The position numbers were made by a program, and so were the translations under genes. The notes below the pieces were generated by a model that saw nothing but the letters and a program-made list of their open reading frames with translations, ran no database searches and had not been told where the DNA came from. Source: Myxococcota bacterium (GTDB lineage: Bacteria > Myxococcota > XYA12-FULL-58-9 > JABJBS01). From it: 32,041 nt of DNA. Location: contig JAYZAY010000058.1 in the NCBI GenBank assembly GCA_036339465.1, positions 1-32,041 on the forward strand. Reading direction: 5' to 3'. This document shows positions 27,813-32,041 of the stretch, in pieces (the first letter of the stretch is position 1; each line of letters starts with the position of its first letter).

Positions 27813-28490
27813 TTAGGTTTCTTTAAATCCCTCGACGAGCTCCAAAAAAGCGGCCTTCACTTCTTTATGAGCCTCTCTGAAACCTATGGCGACATCGTCA
27901 AGTTTGGGGTTGGGGCAGAAACCGGAATTCTCCTTCCACAACCCGAACAGATTGAACATCTCCTAATGAAACATGCCAAGAACAACACCAAAGACACCCC
28001 AGGCTTTGCGGTCCTTAAAACCATCCTAGGAGAGGGACTGGTCACCAGTGAAGGGCCCCTGTGGAAACGGCAACGAAAAATCATTTAGCCCGCCTTCCAC
28101 CACAAACGGATCCAAGTCTTTCTAGATGGAATGACTCAAGCCACCAGCGTTATGTTCCCCACTGGATACCACCTCCCCATAACCACCGTCTCAAGCATAT
28201 TGTCCAAAATCTCAACCAACTCATTGTACCCCTGATTCAACAAACAAAAGCGCGAAGGGGAGGGCGGCAACGACCTTCTCTCTATGCTGCTCGGAGCAAA
28301 GAATGAATCCGGTCAGGGATGAACGAGCCACCAGTCAGGAATGAAGTCATGGCCATGTTCTTGGCGGGGCACGAAACCACCTCCAATACCCGGGCTTGGA
28401 CCTGGCTCTTACTCTCTCGACACCCCTCCATCGAACGAGCCATGTTCCACGAGGTCCAAAACGTGTAGGATGGCCGCATTCCCACTATGC
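27813..28490 (+). pseudogene. Cytochrome P450 pseudogene (fragmentary)
   Basis: TYGDIVKF...LGEGLVTSEGPLWKRQRKII*PAFH, then in shifted frames NDLLSMLL and [16 protein letters not shown]...LLSRHP...EVQNV*DGRIPT. It has stops, frameshifts and an internal deletion, and I saw no ExxR or heme-Cys motif. Confidence 0.85.
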
Positions 28491-28755
28491 GCCCAACCCG
28501 CCGCCCCTAACACCAAAACGAGACATCAACTTTTGGGCCTCGAAATCACGTTTTGATAGATCAACAATCCGCGACCCATCCCAATCCTTGCCTTGTAGAC
28601 AGTCCCCCCCAAGAAGCATCCACATGTGAGGCAAGCGAGTTAATCCAACCCCATTTCACCGCGCTTGACCCCACCATTTTGGTTTGCCGCGCCCCCAAAA
28701 GCATGGCTATACTTACTTTGGGTGATCAACCGAAAAGAACCCCTGAGTCGAGCGC

Positions 28756-31700
28756 ATGAGATCCATGATTTTTCAACATTTTATCTCGTCTTCATCACCA
28801 AAGCGGACCTTCTTGGTGGGATTTGCCCTCTCTTTGATTTTGCAAGTGGCGAGTTGTGACGAAGCCGAAGTAAGAGACAGCGCGGGACTCGTCGCAGGGC
28901 AAGATATCAGTGGCAGTGGCAGTGGCGGTAACAGTGGTGGTACCGAGCCTGGCCCCGGATCAAAGGAACTCGATTGCAATGGCACCGAGAACGGAACGGC
29001 GTACATCGATCAATGCGGAAAATGCGTGGAAGGAACCACCGAGACACTGCCCTGCAAACAAGATTGTGACGATGTATGGGGTGGCCAAGCCCGAAAAGAT
29101 ATGTGTGGACAATGCGCGGGAGCAACCACAGGAAGAGTAGCCTGTGCTAGGGATTGCGCCGGAATATGGGGCGGTATCGCTGCAGAGGATGCCTGCGGTT
29201 TGTGCGCAGGGGGAACCACAAATCGTGTGCATGTAACCGATATAGCCCTTTGTGATGAACAATGCCCTCCACCAAGATTCCTGGACAATTGTGGTAATTG
29301 CGACGCGGATCCCACCAACGACTGCCGCAAAGACCCCTGCGGTATTTGGGGAGGGACCGGTTATTTTGATGAATGCTACGTGTGCGACGATGATCCCCAA
29401 AATGACAATGAATACACCGGTGACCCCAATGGCTCTGGAAACCCCGTCATACCATTGGAGATTTGCCCTCAGGATTGTGCGGACAAATACCTCGGCGATG
29501 CCTTCCTAGATACATGCAACCAGTGTATTGCCAGTGGAGAACTCCCCACGGTAAGAGATTGCGCTGGAAATTGTCCGATTTTGAGCACAGGCTTACCCAA
29601 CAACGAATACGGCGCAAGCGTAGCGGGACAACTCTGCAACCATGAATGTGTTGGTAAATGTGACAAAACACCAGAAAATGAGCTTCAATGTAAAGGGAAC
29701 ATGGCCGGGCAATACTGCATCACCACTTGTAACAACGCGGTTAAACTCGTTCAAACCCCATCTATGAGCCAATGGGAAATGGACCGGTGCGGCGTTTGTG
29801 ATGGCGATCCCACCAATGACAATCAATTTGTCGGTGATAGCGCCGGCAATGCGACCACTAAGCTCTGTATGGATTGTCAGGGCGTTACCGGCGGACACGC
29901 CTATCTCGACGCGTGCAACGTTTGTGTGGAAGGCAGCACCGGAAAACAGCCCTGTATCAAAGATTGTAATGGCGATTGGGGCGGCGAAGCGTATGTCGAT
30001 GACCAGTGCCCCCATCCCGAAGGGGATCCTCAATGCTGCGTGGGTGGTGAATCCGGCCGCCTCTCCTACGCTCCAGACTGCTTCGGGGAAGTTGGTGGTA
30101 GTGCATACGACGATCCGTTCTGCCCCGGCCAATGCATCGGTGGTGCCACGGGAAAAACCGCATGTATGCTGGATTGTAACGGAGATTGGGGCGGCACGGC
30201 TTTGGTGGATGCCTGTGGAATATGTGCCGGCGGCAACACCACTCGAGTCTTTATTGACGACGGGGCCGATTGCGCACCATGCAGCGCCCCAAACACCTTA
30301 GATAAATGTGGAAATTGCGACGACGACCCCACCAATAACTGCGCTCAAGATGAATGTGGCATTTGGGGAGGCGGGGGGGGCACAGACATCTGCGGTGTGT
30401 GCGACGATGACAGCTCCAACGACAATCAATACTTAACAAGCGGACTACCCTGTCTGCTGGACTGTTTTGGTAACCCCAACGGAGGAGCCGAACGCGATGC
30501 CTGTGGCCTGTGCGCCGGCGGCAACACAGGGCAAACCCCACAATCAGATGCTCGCCTCTGCCAATGCCCTGGCCAGCCCGGAACCATCAAGGACTGCGCC
30601 GGGGTCTGCGGAGGAAACGCCTATTGCGCATCTTGCAGTGACACACGCACCTGTAATTCAAACCCTGCCCTTCCAAGTGGCTACAACATCGAGGGCAATA
30701 CCGTACCCGACTGGTATTGCGGTGATGGGTCCTATTGTTTCAGAGAAATCGATAATCACGGTGTACTCGCCGATGAGTTCACCCCCTATGGGTTTGAATG
30801 TAAATCCGAGAGAACTTTAGAAAGTCTAGATGGGATCTTTGACCAATGCGGAACATGCCAAACGGACTGGAATCAAGCTTGCTTTAATGGCTGTAGCCCT
30901 GACCAAAATTGGGACAACTGCGGAAACTGCTGGAATAGTGAGCAAGCCGCACCAGTGTGTGTGCAAGATTGCTTTGGTCTTTGGGGTGGAGAAGCTTACA
31001 TGTCAGAATGTAAGCAAGGTGAAACCTGCTCCACAACCGCAGGCACGCCCGTTTCATTCTCCCAGGCCTGCGTGGGCGGAAATACTGGCCTTTGGTATTA
31101 CAAATTCTTATGCCGCGATAACCCATCACAAAACAGCTCAGATTGCATCAATGGCGCCTGCAGCAAATACTTCGACATGTGCGGAAGCTGCGGAAGCGAT
31201 AGCACCGATGAGTGTAAGCAGGATTGTTTGGGCATATGGGGAGGCGAAGCCATTCAAGACCCTTGCGGCAATTGTTCGGGTGGAACCACCGGCATTGAGC
31301 CCTGTGACAAGGATTGTAACGGAGATTGGCGCGGCACGGCTTTGGTGGATGCCTGTGAAATATGTGCTGGCGGCAACACAGGCCGCGAGCCTTGTAAACA
31401 GGATTGTAGGGGTGTGTGGGGTGGATTGCACCAAATTCGAACCTGCACGATTGTGGACACCGGTACCACGCCCTCCCTTTGCATGCCTCAAAAGAAAATC
31501 CCAGTCGAAGAAACAACCTCCAACATCGATTGCACCGAAACAGAAATAACCAACGCCCCTACAGACAATAGCTATACATGCGAAGTTATATGCCCAGACC
31601 CATCGAGTGATTGCTTCTGGTGGAATTCCAACGGTGAGTGCGAATATAAGGCAGTCTGTCCTAACGGTGAGCAGATGGATTGTCGTGGTATCTGCGTCGT

Positions 31701-31773
31701 GGGTTCGCCGACTTATAATTTCGATGACTGCGATATTTGTGATGACGATGCTACAAATGACTGCCAATTGTAG
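28756..31773 (+). CDS. Large Cys/Gly/Asp-rich repeat protein, probable surface lipoprotein
   Basis: Hydrophobic segment ending VASC. About 16 DCxGxWGGxAxxDxCGxCxGGxT-like repeats interleaved with DxCGxCDxDPTNDC-like repeats. Confidence 0.8.
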   Translation: MRSMIFQHFISSSSPKRTFLVGFALSLILQVASCDEAEVRDSAGLVAGQDISGSGSGGNSGGTEPGPGSKELDCNGTENGTAYIDQCGKCVEGTTETLPCKQDCDDVWGGQARKDMCGQCAGATTGRVACARDCAGIWGGIAAEDACGLCAGGTTNRVHVTDIALCDEQCPPPRFLDNCGNCDADPTNDCRKDPCGIWGGTGYFDECYVCDDDPQNDNEYTGDPNGSGNPVIPLEICPQDCADKYLGDAFLDTCNQCIASGELPTVRDCAGNCPILSTGLPNNEYGASVAGQLCNHECVGKCDKTPENELQCKGNMAGQYCITTCNNAVKLVQTPSMSQWEMDRCGVCDGDPTNDNQFVGDSAGNATTKLCMDCQGVTGGHAYLDACNVCVEGSTGKQPCIKDCNGDWGGEAYVDDQCPHPEGDPQCCVGGESGRLSYAPDCFGEVGGSAYDDPFCPGQCIGGATGKTACMLDCNGDWGGTALVDACGICAGGNTTRVFIDDGADCAPCSAPNTLDKCGNCDDDPTNNCAQDECGIWGGGGGTDICGVCDDDSSNDNQYLTSGLPCLLDCFGNPNGGAERDACGLCAGGNTGQTPQSDARLCQCPGQPGTIKDCAGVCGGNAYCASCSDTRTCNSNPALPSGYNIEGNTVPDWYCGDGSYCFREIDNHGVLADEFTPYGFECKSERTLESLDGIFDQCGTCQTDWNQACFNGCSPDQNWDNCGNCWNSEQAAPVCVQDCFGLWGGEAYMSECKQGETCSTTAGTPVSFSQACVGGNTGLWYYKFLCRDNPSQNSSDCINGACSKYFDMCGSCGSDSTDECKQDCLGIWGGEAIQDPCGNCSGGTTGIEPCDKDCNGDWRGTALVDACEICAGGNTGREPCKQDCRGVWGGLHQIRTCTIVDTGTTPSLCMPQKKIPVEETTSNIDCTETEITNAPTDNSYTCEVICPDPSSDCFWWNSNGECEYKAVCPNGEQMDCRGICVVGSPTYNFDDCDICDDDATNDCQL
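30171..31379 (+). repeat. 69-bp near-identical direct repeat inside the Cys-rich gene (30171-30239 and 31311-31379)
   Basis: GGATTGTAACGGAGATTGG(G/C)GCGGCACGGCTTTGGTGGATGCCTGTG(G/A)AATATGTGC(C/T)GGCGGCAACAC: 3 mismatches, copies 1140 bp apart. Confidence 0.9.
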
Positions 31774-31855
31774 TTGCCTTTGTGAAACCGGTAGGCCCTC
31801 CTGCTAAGCGACTAAGAGTTAGTGAGAAGAGTTTTACTGCGAAGTTACTAAGTTG

Positions 31856-32041
31856 CTAAGTACGCTGCTTATTTAGTGCTTCTTAGTGCTCTTAGTGCTT
31901 TCTACTAAGTACGCTGCTTATTTAGTGCTTTATTTAGTGCTTATTTAGTGCTTCTTAGTGCTCTTAGTGCTTTCTACTAAGTACGCTGCTTATTTAGTGC
32001 TTTTAGTGCTTCTAAGTACGCTGCTTATTTAGTGCTTTCTT
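31856..32041. repeat. Satellite-like compound tandem repeat running off the window end
   Basis: Four exact copies of CTAAGTACGCTGCTTATTTAGTGCTT (31856, 31905, 31977, 32012), separated by variable numbers of TTAGTGCT subunits (11 TTAGTGCT copies in total). Confidence 0.9.

Noticed and set aside
30171..31379. DGR template/variable repeat pair
   Set aside because: The mismatches (G/C, G/A, C/T) are not adenine-specific, both copies are in-frame coding repeats, and no reverse transcriptase is present.
28756..31773. Multiheme cytochrome or ferredoxin call for the CxxC-rich protein
   Set aside because: No CxxCH heme motifs and no CxxCxxCxxxC ferredoxin spacing. The secreted context favours disulfides.
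31856..32041. CRISPR array interpretation of the 26-bp repeats
   Set aside because: The intervening sequences are 9-46 bp and made of the repeat's own TTAGTGCT subunit, not unique constant-length spacers. There are no cas genes in the window.

Overview
32 kb bacterial chromosomal window. Its gene repertoire (met-zincin lipoprotein, VWA lipoprotein, START protein, SurA-like/thioredoxin lipoprotein, Cys-rich repeat lipoprotein) suggests a Myxococcota/deltaproteobacterial-like lineage, but that is inference. It starts in the right end of an IS3-family element and ends in a satellite-like TTAGTGCT repeat tract. The most unusual part is a nitrogen-handling cluster at about 2.6-10.8 kb. It contains a PuuE allantoinase, a NarL-type regulator lacking its phosphoacceptor Asp, and a type II glutamine synthetase directly followed by a glutaminase with the animal GLS-type EF-hand/catalytic/ankyrin architecture. 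These are followed by an orphan MotA/MotB stator pair and an Amt ammonium transporter fused to a C-terminal tandem MshEN-like (candidate c-di-GMP-binding) module. A second MshEN-like module is fused to a SpoIIM-like membrane protein. Several decayed genes are present (receiver/class III cyclase, metA, cytochrome P450). All family calls come from motif recognition by eye, with no database search.
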